Below the pieces are notes generated by a model. It had not been told where the DNA came from, ran no database searches, and saw nothing but the letters and a program-made list of their open reading frames with translations. A stretch of DNA of 64,000 nucleotides from assembly GCF_947568905.1 (NCBI RefSeq), contig NC_079168.1, positions 46,190,001 through 46,254,000 on the forward strand. Direction: 5' to 3'. Positions 37,342-50,107 of the stretch are shown here, one piece after another. The position numbers were made by a program, and so were the translations under genes. This stretch comes from Ostrea edulis. Its lineage: Eukaryota. Numbering within the stretch: the first letter of the stretch is position 1; the number at the start of each line of letters is the position of its first letter.

Positions 37342-40300
37342 ATGCATGCAGCCATATTTTTCCTTGTGTTTGGTATAGTGCAGAGTTTTAGACATCGAGA
37401 CGTCCTGGATCTCTACAGATATAAATACCAAGGAAATGTAAGTATAACTTTCAGTAATTCTATTTTGCGGTTCGTTGGTATATAAAAGTCTAATAGAGTT
37501 TACGTTTGCAAGTCTGCAAGATAGTTCGTTATTTGTTATTGTCCCCAAAAGGATATATTGTTTTACAAAAAATAAGAGAAAAGGAATTTTCTATAAAGCT
37601 GATGCAAAATACTTTCACGTTCTTTAAGTATCACGTGATGTTCGATATAACTTGTGTATGTGATGCAATGTGCTTCTACCAACTAACTGTACACGTACTG
37701 AACGCTAGAGAAACTAACAAATGAAGTATGTACGAGTACATGGAACTGAGTACTTTACAAATTTGCCAAACCACCTTCCTCTACACCACTCGACACCCTG
37801 ATCAAGTATGTTTGAGTAATTCAATGTTGTAAAGGCTATCTAACAAACAAAAACATAAGATCATGCCAATTTTGACAGGGCATGTTTTTTGGAGCGTCTT
37901 ACGGAGGGACGTGCAGCTATGACCCTCCAAGTATGCCAGTTGCTGCTCGATATATTGACAGAACTATCGCCATCAATGCCCGTCAGTTTTATAGAGGATT
38001 TGCCTGTGGTGTCTGTTTTAGGGTACGTTTCTTGACCAATTAATGCATCGGTGTGATCACAGGAAAATGAAATGTTGTAATGCCTGCATTGTACTACCAG
38101 TTAGTATATACGATTAATGACGTTTAGGTTAAGATTGATATCATATATGTATATCTTGTGTTTGCAATTATTGCTTTTAACGTTGTAATGGAATAAAACC
38201 ATACCTTCTGATTATCTACTATATAGAAGTTTTGCGCATGTCATCAGTTCAAAAATTTCAGAAAACGACTGATGGTACAGTGTATGCAGTAACAGTAAAT
38301 TGAATTCAGATTTATTTCCCTAGCTTTAAACCAATTTGAATAGGGATAATGTTGTTAGGTGTGACCTTTTCAGGTTACCGAGTCGGGTAAAGGGAATGGT
38401 GGGGCACCTGTCGATAGGACATTCACTGTTCTTGTGAAAGATTTCTGTCCAAATTGTATGCCCGGTAAGACTTGTTTAAAGAGGGTGTTGCACCGAAGCG
38501 GGAACTTTCCCAATCGGAACTCCGTGCCTGCACTCGTGACGTAGAACTGACCTTCATCCATATTTATACTCTTATTGCGTTTTGCCATTTGAATACCTGT
38601 AGGATTCCCCAGTACTAAGGGCAAGCCTAATACATTTCATGTGTCAATACATTATACATATAGTCTAAACATAATTTTTGAAATCGTGAAAATTAGATTG
38701 TCTTCTTTTCTCTCTTGAGTATCAGATACAATGTATACGGTTACATGTTACGAGTGTATCAAATATTTAATATTCTATACTACTACAGTCTAAAAGCTCT
38801 TATACTCGTATGTATTATTTTCTACAACCAACAGTTGGCAACTGTACATGACTCTGGCCACAAAACAAAATATGATAAGTTTAATACGCATTAATCAAGT
38901 TCAACATAATTCGAAGTACATGCATCTGAAAGCATGGATTCACCATCATAGAAATTTGCTACTGGAATACATATCATTTTATCCACTTAAACTGTTTAAC
39001 GGTTATTTACCTTGTTTGGCCTTAAAGTTTTTTTTCCAAAGCTTTGCAAAGTTCACAGCGGTTTATCGTAAAAGACACCATGCCTTTGTCAACAACTTTC
39101 ACTCATAAAAACATGCAAGTTCTCGTTAGCAGCCTTGACTATTAAAACACAGGTATTGCATGCTGTATTCGGCGTGTTTGTGCGAGTCCTATTCACAAAC
39201 TAAACATTGTCCAGGTTGAAAGCTTATTTCAAACTCGGCACATTGTAATAAACAGAGATTCGACATGAAACATTTATAAAAACTAGAAGTGTGTTTCAAT
39301 TAAAAAAATCTAGATGGAAAACGTAATATGAAAAAAAATTGTGTTCGTGAGGGATTCGAACTTTCGTACGAACCCGATCGTTTTAATGTAAAAGTCAATG
39401 ACCTTACCCACTGAACCACGCATAAGACCATACATTACAAAGGAAAATTAACGTACAGGTGAAGTTGAAAATAATATCAGTGAAGTCATTTCGATTTTTT
39501 GAAATTTACAGCAAAAAAAAAAAAAAAAAAAAAAAGTCATCGTGAAACAAAATTTCAAAGCAACAGTTTTTTTTAGTGGAAAACTGGAAATACATGTTCA
39601 TGCTAAATCTATTTTGTTTCACGGAGGCAGTTTTTCTGAATTTCGGGGATACCCCTCCATTTTAACGCTAAAATTTATATAAATCGCTTATTATTCGATT
39701 TAAACTCGAATTATTTTGACAAATTTTTGCCAAGTTCAAGTTTTATATTTCTCATTCGCTGTTAACACAACATAGAGAACATATTAAACAAGTATTCAAA
39801 AACAATATTCACGCATGCACAAGCAATTCATATAAATATATATCACAGTCCTGATAATGAATAAATACAATAATAGACTATATATACATTTAACCTAAAG
39901 GGTTTACTCTCTCGGTAATTAATTCTATGTATTTACTTAATTTTAAAAGTAACGTTAGGTCTAGTATGAAATATTTCTGGTATAGAATGTCGCCTAATAT
40001 CATTTAAAGCAGGACACATAAGAATATAATGCATCTCACCTCCAATATCAGAACTGCAAATATGACATTTTCTTGGATTTCGATCTATATCTAGCCACCT
40101 TCCCGTTTCTATGTATTTGTAGTTCTAAACCTGGTTACTTTACGTTATTTATGTATTGAAATATTTGGCAATATATATTCTTGACATTTAAAAGCAAGAT
40201 TTGTAAAAAGTCTGTGAGTTATGCCTTTAGAAGATTTGTTACATTTATATACCCAGTCTTGAATAAACTGATCTTTCAATCTTTGTTTAACATGACAGAT

Positions 40301-43300
40301 TATCCAGTTAGTATTCATTTTGTCAACATTATACAATACATTAGACATTCCACAGTCATCTAATATTTTCTTTAAATCAAAAACCCATTTTGGTTGACAT
40401 CCCTTGTGAAATTTATGTACAAGAAATTTATACAACAAATAACAATATTTTTCGTTTTCCCCATGCATCATCCGACACCAAAAACTAACAGTTCTTGATT
40501 TTATATGTAAATGTAATGGTGGTCGACCTAACTCATCATAAATCATATAATTTGGAGTGGATGATTTGACATGTAATAATAATTTACAAAACTTTATGTG
40601 TATCTTTTCAATAATTTCATTGTTTCCAAAACCCCAAATTTCACATCCATATAGAAGGATAGGAACAACAATTTTATCAATACACGTCTTTTAAATTTAT
40701 TTTCAAAAATGTTTGAATCAAGACACAAGTTCCAAATGGTTTTATAATATATTTGAATAACTTGATTTTATCGATACCTTTAGGGAAATTGACATGAGAC
40801 GTGCAACACCTTCTTTAGTAAATGAATACAAACATGAACAAAGAAAATAAGTATTAAAAATGACGCCAGTAATAGTTGCTATAGAAAAATCTTGGAAAAT
40901 TTTAGATATTAATGCAAGAACTATCTTGCTTTCCTTCGATATTAAGGCGTACCAGCAATAAAAGATGACGTAGATGGCAGGCTTGGGATGGAAATGCAAG
41001 CAATACAGTGCCCTGTTGGGAACTCGTCACTGGAGTATAAATTCCAGGGGAGTAGCCCGTACTACATCAAGCTTCAGGTTAGAAATGCAAGGTAAGACTT
41101 TCTTAATCAGTGAACAAGGAATACGTTGACGGCGCGGTGTTACCGTTAGGGTGATCTCAGCTACATACAATGTATAGATGAGCGAACTTCAATTTCAAAT
41201 GCACTTTTGCAGTCTTGCTTTGTTTCGGTATAATAAACAATTTATTGCATGAATGTTCGGGAGATATGAAGATTTATTCACCCAAGAAATATCACATTCC
41301 CCTCAGGTAATATGATATTTTTTTGGGTGAATAAATCTTCCTATCTCCCACACTATCATGCAATAAATGTATATAAGCATTTACATTGTACAAATTTTGT
41401 TGCTTTGATAATTACGAGATATTCTAAACCAATTCATTATCTCTATATAATTTAACATATGACTTTTCTTATCGGACTCGGCGGGTGTGATCGGTCAATA
41501 GGGTATGATTACTCCTCCTGGGCACCTGATCCCACCTCTACCGTGTCCAGGTGTCCGTGTTTGCCCTTCTCTTTTCATTTGTATTTTTATGGGATTTACG
41601 AGAATGATTACTGTTCGTTACTTTCACTCCTACACGTAAAACTTTTTCCTGTGTCCCGGGGAAGGGACAGGTCGTCCCTAGGATTTATCTAATTGTTCTT
41701 GTCTTTTGGTCATTTTAGTGCGTAATATAATTTTTGCATTTTACTTTGTATCCACTTTATGGATGAAAAAATGTGGGAATTTCCTTGATTGCTTATTCCT
41801 ACACGGGGGTTTCATCATTTTGATTGAGAATGAGAAAATGCTCAGCGGATAATATCACATACTGTTTAGTTTGAATGGATCGACATACATGCATACAATA
41901 ATGAAAATTATCCTTTATTTCCATGAGTGTTGCATTGCAAAGGCCAAGTGAAATTTTAAAAAATTATTGAAAATGCTGTTTTGTTATAGTTTTTTGACAA
42001 TTTAAATATAATTATACTTAACCAAGAATGAAACTTTAAAATCATATTATACATTTATTGCATGATAGTGAGGGAGATATGAAGATTCCCCGAGGGCAAC
42101 ACCCGAAGGGATTATAATTTGGAGGGGTGTGTTGTGTGTGTGTGAATTATCATCATTCAATGAATTGTTTATTATATCGAAACAAAGCAAGACAACAAAA
42201 AATGCAATTGAAATTGCTGGTGGGGGTGGGGGTGGGGGGTGGGGGATCCTGTATCCGCTCATTTACTAGTATATGTAAATGATCTAGCCCTAACAAAAGA
42301 ACAGTACCATCAACATATTAGAATGCACAAGCAACGAAATAAAGTGAGATGATAATCTTAGACTTATTGCATTATTATACCTCAGTATGAGAATTATATG
42401 CAACGCGTAATCTGATTGGTCTAGACAGTCACGTGCCCAGGATGACAAAACTTCATATCTCCCTCTCAAACCAAACTCCCCGTCGAGGCCTCATTACGTC
42501 ACCTACGAATAGTTTGGTTTGTGAGCAAACGAACTCTGGTGGAAGTTTGCCTCTCAAACATCATATCTCCCTATCATATTTCATCCCTTGGGCAGCCTCG
42601 TACATTTTCCATCAATTCAACGTCAAAGACGACGAAGTGTATTGTGACGTCACATTAAGTCCGAGTCATTCTACTTCCATAGTTCGAAAGGCACAAAATA
42701 TGCGGGTCTCTAATACACAGTTAAACTCATGGTTTAGGTTGATACAAAAACAAGCAAGTAAATCAGCATTCAAGGAGAATGGAAATACAAAAACTGGTTA
42801 TCCTATCAATGTATTTTGCTGTTTGTACCTTCTAATACGTTGACGGCGCGATGTTACTGCTAGGGCGATCTCAGCTACATACATCTACAATGTATAGATG
42901 AGCAGACTCCAATTTCATATGCAATTTTGTGATCTTGCTTTGTTTCGGTATAATAAACAATTTATTGCATAAATGTTCGGGCGTTGCCCTCGGGTAATAT
43001 GATTTTTCTTGGGTGAATAAATCTTCATATCTCCCTCACTATAATGCAATAAATGTATAACCTTTATTATGTTTCCTATCTCCCTGAATGCTGATTATTT
43101 ACACGGTCGGTGATGAAACTTATTAGAAATTCATTCAATGGTGTAGAGTTTATGGAAAGTAGACGAGGTCCCCCGGGTGATGCCGTACACGACGTCCCGA
43201 GATACATCGAGGGAAGGGATATATGATATTTGTTTGAAAATCGTTGTGTCATTCCCTTATGTATAGAATTATCATATTGAAATATAATGATACTTTTTAG

Positions 43301-43813
43301 ACTTCATTATTTGAATATTTCAAATATTTTGGGTAAAATCGCTACTTTATTGCCTCCTCCTTTTTTCTAGAATTCCTGCCACAAGAGTAGACTTGTATCA
43401 ACCAAAGTGGCGGCAGTGGACCCCCCTTGCTCATACCTCTGATGGTTTTTGGACATTTGGAACGGATCCTGTCGAGAGACCTGTCGTGGCCCCTTTTCGC
43501 ATTCGTTTGACTGCAGCTAACGGGCAAAGAATTGTTGATACTGTTCCTGAATTAGGTAAATCTTACCATCGCTCAAGAATTATCGATGAATTTCAAGATA
43601 GTTTTCCTTATTCTATCATAAACGAATTAATGTGCTTTCTGTTCAAAACTTACCAAAATCATATGATATAAAAGTGTGGATTAAATCACATATACTCAGT
43701 TTGAGCTCAACTTCCATTATACAAAATAATATTAATCTTTCATTTCAGTGAATGGCGTTGTATTGCAAGGCAATGGAAAACAATTTGAATTCGATCCCAA
43801 TTTACCCCGGTAG
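37342..43813 (+). CDS. Expansin-like protein 2, secreted, 241 aa (249 aa if the in-frame ATG at 37318 is used), 6 exons
   Basis: Exons 37342-37437, 37879-38022, 38374-38464, 40947-41091, 43371-43555, 43749-43813. Exons 2-6 are identical in length and phase to paralog 1. MHAAIFFLVFGIVQS...YQGNGMFFG...GGTCS...CGVCF...KDFCPNC...QAIQCPVGNS...YYIKLQVRN...TSDGFW. Confidence 0.9.
39345..39425 (-). mobile_element. tRNA-like SINE head
   Basis: Minus strand gtggttcagtgggtaagg...agttcgaatccc (A- and B-box-like) without a coherent cloverleaf. Confidence 0.55.
40140..40780 (-). mobile_element. LINE ORF2 (post-RT region) fragment in intron 3 of expansin-like 2
   Basis: DKIVVPILLYGCEIWGFGNNEIIEKIHIKFCKLLLHVKSSTPNYMIYDELGRP...W...LKKIL, a typical non-LTR C-terminal region. 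Confidence 0.85.
41120..43060. repeat. Two direct ~230-260-bp copies of a foldback element (41120-41376, 42834-43059) plus an inverted piece (~42045-42085) in intron 4 of expansin-like 2; a PLE 3' fragment at 41462-41635
   Basis: aatacgttgacggcgcg...cactat.atgcaataaatgtata repeated; internal inverted repeat gaagatttattcacccaag / gggtgaataaatcttc. Confidence 0.7.
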
Positions 43814-45179
43814 ATGAAACGAGAATCACGGTGTTATTAACATATTCTATAAATCAGACTGTGTACATAATTTCTGAATCTATATTATGTAACACATTAA
43901 AATGTCAGTGAAATATGACTAATTTCTAGATGCATGCGATGAAAATTCGACATATTCATAACCTAGTACGTTTAACTCAAGGTTATGAATGCACTTTCGT
44001 GAACATACTAATAGCACATTAGTTCTTAGTTTATACCGTAACGAATTACCAATCTTACATTCTTACCTAGATATGTCATACTTTTAAAAAATTAACAAAA
44101 TATGATTGCAAGAATACGACAGTTGAATATCGACATCGAGAGGAACAATTAATATATGTAAAAATTCCATTGTCTTTAATTGTTCTTCAGTACTTCAATT
44201 CATTATATTATTTTTAATACTGAATGTAGTTCATTAAATTATTCTCCAGTACTTTAGTTCATTCATTTTGTTCACCAACTTGCGTTGCACCTGTTGTAGT
44301 GACGCTTTCTTTGATCATATCATGGATATATTTTTCCATGGACTAATCAGAAGAAGTTATTTTTGACAGAGGTTATACGTACAGTTATAGGACCATTCTC
44401 CTTTAATGAACAAATAGCTGTACTAAGCGCAGTAGATTGATTCAGTATTCCCAACCCACTGGGACAGGGAACATTGCTTATAACAAGCTTTCATATCACT
44501 GAATTCATAATATATCGATCAATTCCGTCTAATATTGTGGATCACCATCAAAGCATGGCAGGTGCATAGGGATATATCATCCAATATGTCTCTGTCTCTC
44601 TACCCGTCTGTTTCCAGTGCTTCGGTTCAGTTCTTTAGGTAACCTCCTGCAGGTAACACGTGTTCTACTTAGAGAATTTTAGTTTTATATTTCAAAGTTG
44701 TCTGTAGAAGAATCAAGCGTAAATTTCCGCCCACAATCTAAAAATATATATTGCATTACTTGAAATAAGTTATGTACGTAGATGCAATAGAATCTATGCA
44801 GCGGGAAAGACTGATTCTTCTTAACTCATGTAGTTTGTCTTTCTTTATCAATAGTTCTTGAAACCATCGATTCATTTCCAATACTCTGTTTCTTCTTTTT
44901 GCTAAGCATTTGTGCACAATAAAGTGTGACGACGACAAATAAGAACTCAAAACACCTCCCCATTAGCCGAAAGTCCCACCCACCTCTGGTATAACCAGGG
45001 GTCCATATTTACCCAACTCTTAATCTTGTATTTGAGATGGATTCTTGTCCATTTCATTCAATGGCAGAAATTATAAAATTTTGTCAGTAATAAATCTAAA
45101 CTGTTTAAAGGTATCTTCTCAATGAAAATACTTATATTCACATACACAACTACCCGTTGTAACCTTACATACATTTAGT

Positions 45180-48100
45180 GCACACACGCACACACATACA
45201 CACGCACGAGCACGCACAAACACACACACACACACACACGTGTGTGTTTGCACACACCTTGTATGTCATACACAAAATGGTGATTTTTTTTTTTGCTCCT
45301 TTTATATTCATTAAATACTTGGAAAGTTTTGTTTTTTGCACGCCTCGAATACACCATTTGTTAACTAAATTTAGATGAATGTGCTGACGTCATAATGCTT
45401 CCCAGTATGAGGACAATCAAGGGGTATAATAGTTGGAAAACAAATTTAATCCATTTAAGAACACCATGAACATACATAATACTTTGCCAAAAAATCCTTT
45501 AAAATCAATTTTCCATCTTCATAATTTTCAGAATGTCTATCTTTTAAATCCCAAAAAGCTGAGAATGCGATCCCTCCATCTTCTCCGCGGTCTCACCACA
45601 CGGGGTTCTTCCGCAGGAGAAAGTCCCGTGGTGTAGAGGAAACTATACCGTAAAGGCCTTGGTTTCATGGGCTTGGTCTTCGATTCTTCGTTTTTGGTGG
45701 AATCCTGGGTATCGGGTGCAAGTTTAAAGCTTTCTATACTGGATAGAAACAGCTTTCGGGGAATAAACTTTGGTATTTTCCCTGTTTCTAATGCCTCAAG
45801 CTCCCCAGGTTTGACCAGTTCACTTTTGACCGGCTGGGTTTTCTGTTTTAATTCTTGTAATTCAACAGGTTTCTGTAGACACTCATTTTTCATTTCCTGA
45901 CTCGCATCTGAAGTGTTCACATGTTTTGTTTCTATCATTACACTGCCGTCATCCTGATCTAGTTTCTGGGCTGTTATATCTTGAAGAACTATTGCACATG
46001 CCTTTTCGACAATGCTCAGGATATATGCTGCAACATCCTCTGTTTTTATACCAAGTTCTTCGCCACTGATTTCAGGAACAGAATGTTTGATTTGTCCGTT
46101 TTCTGCGTTCAGAGAGCTCTCAACAGTTGTCTTGTCTTGTGACTCTTTCTCCAGCACTGCCTCTCCAGTTTGCATGCTTGTCTCAAACACATTTCTCTTC
46201 TTTATTTTCTTTGGTTTGTGTAACTGCATGAAGTATTCGTCGTCAGCCCATGACGGCAGGAATAAAGAAACATTTGCATTTGCAGCTTTTAAAACTTCAA
46301 TTTTCGAGATGGTGTCCTTAACCTGCTCATAGGGTACAAAATCATTTTTCGAATCCTTGTCGTCTGCCATAGAACGGAAAACTTGTCCAGAAATCATCTT
46401 CTTTTGATTTTCCATTCGCTTTACTCTTATCTAATGTATCGCCTCCAAGCAAGCGCACAGTATGTTTACGTTTAGTCGCAAGGGAGAGTGTGTTACGTCG
46501 TACACTTTATGACGTGCTGTACATTGTGACGTAATAATTCGGTGACGTTTAAGAAATCAGATATTCTCTGAAAGAAGAGCATACACTTTCACCCCTTTCT
46601 TGCCCTGATTTTCACTCACAAAGCGCATTCTTAGTGTTATTTGTAATGACAGTAAATGCTTTAATATCAACCATTCTAATGTTTCATTTTATGAAAATAA
46701 ATTCTTGAATTAAATTAAAGACCATTGGAATAAAAAAAAAGCACTAAATACTAAAGCAGCACCCATATCACACGACCTTTCACCTCAGATAAGCTTTTTA
46801 AAAAACTAGGGTGAAGGGTTTGTTCACGAACGCCCCATAGTTATTGATAAATTTTCGTAAGACAAAGTATTCATATGAATATTTAATTTGTTATAGGACT
46901 TGAAAGTTTGTTGTGAAGGGGAAATTGGGCATATAGTTAAGGGTTCTATCTAAAATCGCATTTAATTTACTGTTGGGTGAAAATAACCAAAACAAATGTT
47001 CAATAAAATTATTATCTTTTTCTATGTATTGAGAATACGAAAACCAATACAAAGTCTGCAAATGGTCTCAGTAAAGCATTTAAGATATCTTTAGTTTGTT
47101 ATCTGTGTTCGTATCTATGCCAAATATTCAACAGAACGATTAGAAATTATTCAAAATGTCCATAAAATTTCTGGCTTCTAGACGATTATTTTATGATGAC
47201 TATTAAGACTAATAGTTGTCGTAAAGAAGACGAGAAAATGTTCATTTAATGCGTCAAAGAAATGAATAAGCAATGATATCTTTTCTTGAATTCAACAACA
47301 ACAACAACGAAAAACCCGAGTTTCCGTTCTCAAAACTTGACGTGATTTTTATTTATCGTTTTATAATACATGTATGTAGCTAGTCTAATTGTAAAACAAC
47401 GGTTTTTCAAACTTTCATAGCTAAATCGGTGTAAAACTTGAGCGAAAAGACCGATCGGGCTAGGTACAAATTCTATCGAGAATAAAGATGTACAAGGGGC
47501 GGGTTCAGGAATTGAAATTAGGGGGCGCCACTTCATAAAGCGCGAGAAAATTCCAATGCGAAGACTGGTAAAATATTTAGAGCAATTTTGATCAATTCCG
47601 GAGATGAACGAACTAAGTGAAAAGAATCGTTAATTATATGTTGCAACTATTTATTGGTAGATCAATAAAGCATCTAGTCTGATATAAGATTTGAACTTAA
47701 TTCGCAATGTACCACAGTCAACAGCAAGCTATAAACAGTTTACGCCTGTCCGATCGATCGATACGAAAATGCGTTTGTCCGATCAGACGATCGATTATGT
47801 ATAATTTCTTTTTCCGTGACGTTGCACGTGAAAATTTCTAATCTTGACAGTTTCCGTAAAGTCACATGGTCTTATATTTGAATAAGAAGACCTCTGAATG
47901 GGATACATTTTCACAATGAAGCTCGAGTTATTTCCCCTTGAATACAGGTTGCTGTCCACAATTCATAGCGTCAATATAAGGATTTATTATATTAGTAAAT
48001 CTGATTGTGATTAAGTGCCAGTTAAGGGTTTTTATGTAATTAATGAAAAATAATATTTATGTGTCCATTGTGTGGTTGTTGGTTGTTTTTTTTTCGCAGG

Positions 48101-49750
48101 CAATAATGTTGAGTCAAATGTAATGTTCAAAATCTGTAAGGTGTTAGTCCCCTACTTATTTTGATCAGGATCAAGATATCTTTAGCATATCATCAATTAA
48201 TTATTAACTTTAATCAATATTTTGGACGACCAAAACGCAACTAGATATGCATAAATTACATGTGCAACCAACGCATATACATTACATTGGCAGATCTAGA
48301 CGGGTACGGAGGTTGCAACACACATGTCCCTTTGATTTTGGTTTTAAAAAGAGTGCGAGAGAAAGAGAGAGTGGTATCAGAGTATAGAATTTATATATTT
48401 CCGGGAACATTATTTCTGCATTAATTGTGGAATAAAAATCTATAAATTCAAGCAGTTAGGGGAGGGATAAAACTCCTGTAAGCTTACTAGTATGTTATCC
48501 GACATCAATTTTAACACACCGATTATTATTTTCAACATTCATCAAATTTAGTTTGAAAGGGGGTGTGTGTGAATTAATCACACCTCTTAGCAATATACGT
48601 TGTAAATTCGTTTGTCATTTAAAATTCTTTTTGAAAGAGTATTTTTATTTGGTAGTTAGCCTATAAAACCCAATGCAGACGATAAAAAATACAAAATACA
48701 TCTCACAATTTCAACACTTTAGATCACTTTTTCACTCCCAACATTTTCTATAGATCCGCGCCTGGACAATGTTAATTACAGAATCCGTATCTTATGTAAT
48801 CTTTCTGTTGAAATCTGGGTTGGTTTTTTCTTTTTTCCCGTGCGATTCAATATTTTGAAAATATTTTTATTATTATCATTATTAAGATTAAATTGTAGTG
48901 TATTAAACAGCTCGACCTGCATTGAGTTACGTAGCACTAGGGGGTGGAGGTGGGGACTAACTCCACACTATTTTTGACATCGTTCTTTTCCCGCTATCAT
49001 TACAGGGAAAGTTGGACATTTTTTAATTTCAATCTATAGGCTGGTTCCTTACCTTTTTTTAAAATAGTAGTAGTGTAGTGGAAATATAATCATCAGATTA
49101 TATTCCAAGATAAGAATTTTCATACAACTGTAAAACCAACTTCTTCTCCGGCTCCCCCCTTACAATACACGATGCAATGCAACGCGTCTGATTGTATTTA
49201 TAACATCACATGATCTTTCCGGCTGTCTGGTTTTTTAAAATTAGATTACTTCTAAAATTCTCGGGATTCAATGTAACACAACTTGGACAGAAATAATCAT
49301 TAAATACGGCTGTAACCCCCCCCCCCCCCTTTCCCCAAACCTACCATATGACGAAAATCTTGGCAAAATTTTTACGATACCCAATGTAATGATCGAGTTT
49401 AACATCAGTTCTCGTGAAATCCATGTACGTACAGATCGATGGCGTGGCACAGCCTTCTAATTATAGAATGTCTCACTGTTCGGAATGTATACTGCAAAAG
49501 TCTCGACATTTAAAATTCTTGTTGGAAGTTTTACATATACCATGTTTTATTTTATCGTGGTCATAATAATTCTTGTCCAAAAAATATAAATTAAATAAAT
49601 GAAAAAGAGAAAAGAAAGAAATATTTAAAAGACGTCATTCTTTATCAGTTAGAAAACACACCTCTCCCGCAGAAACGCATGCGTCTTCTCCAATTTTATA
49701 TCAAAGAATGTTCTTGCCGGCCCATAATCGATTTACAATTTGAATATCAC
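45180..49750. repeat. Segmental duplication unit, copy 1 (4571-bp offset to copy 2)
   Basis: Near-identical to 49751-59075 (after removing insertions) and to 59160-63756 (inverted); bounded by (CA)n tracts. Confidence 0.93.
45537..46415 (-). CDS. Uncharacterised 292-aa intronless orphan protein, copy 1
   Basis: 879-nt ORF kept intact in three copies (at most 2 aa differences between any pair); Lys/Glu-rich; C-terminus RPRRRWRDRILSFLGFKR; candidate 5'-UTR acceptor ctcttctttcag ~155 nt upstream. Confidence 0.8.
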   Translation of the reverse strand: MENQKKMISGQVFRSMADDKDSKNDFVPYEQVKDTISKIEVLKAANANVSLFLPSWADDEYFMQLHKPKKIKKRNVFETSMQTGEAVLEKESQDKTTVESSLNAENGQIKHSVPEISGEELGIKTEDVAAYILSIVEKACAIVLQDITAQKLDQDDGSVMIETKHVNTSDASQEMKNECLQKPVELQELKQKTQPVKSELVKPGELEALETGKIPKFIPRKLFLSSIESFKLAPDTQDSTKNEESKTKPMKPRPLRYSFLYTTGLSPAEEPRVVRPRRRWRDRILSFLGFKR

Positions 49751-49795
49751 ACATACACATGGGCACACACACACACACCCGCGCGCACGCGCGCG

Positions 49796-49830
<35 letters not shown>

Positions 49831-50107
49831 TGTTATATGTCATACAAAAAATGGTGATTTTTTCCCCTCCTTTTATATTCATTAAATACTTGGAAAGTTT
49901 TGTTTTGTGCACGCCTCGAATACACCATTTGTTAACTAAATTTAGATGAATGTGCTGACGTCATAATGCTTCCCAGTATGAAGACAATCAAGAGGTATAA
50001 CAGTTGGAAAACAAATTTAATCCATTTAAGAACACCATGAACATACATAATACTTTGCCAAAAAATCCTTTAAAATCCATTTTCCATCTTCATAATTTTC
50101 AGAATGT

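Noticed and set aside
37727-37805. Alternative first exon for expansin-like 2 (MYEYMELSTLQ...HPDQ|gtatgt)
   Set aside because: No signal peptide; the exon at 37342-37437 (FLVFG...YQGN|gtaagt) aligns with exon 1 of paralog 1.
44300-44600. Minus-strand stretch with an ILDD-like motif suggesting an LTR-type RT
   Set aside because: Translation is full of stops and no other RT motifs align; cannot be assigned.
45433-46332. 67-, 77- and 106-aa ORFs repeated three times
   Set aside because: Antisense or overlapping shadows of the 292-aa ORF, repeated only because the segment is triplicated.
47330-47536. 68-aa ORF MKWRPLISIPEPAP... present in three copies
   Set aside because: Identity reflects the recent segmental duplication; no domain or splice support.
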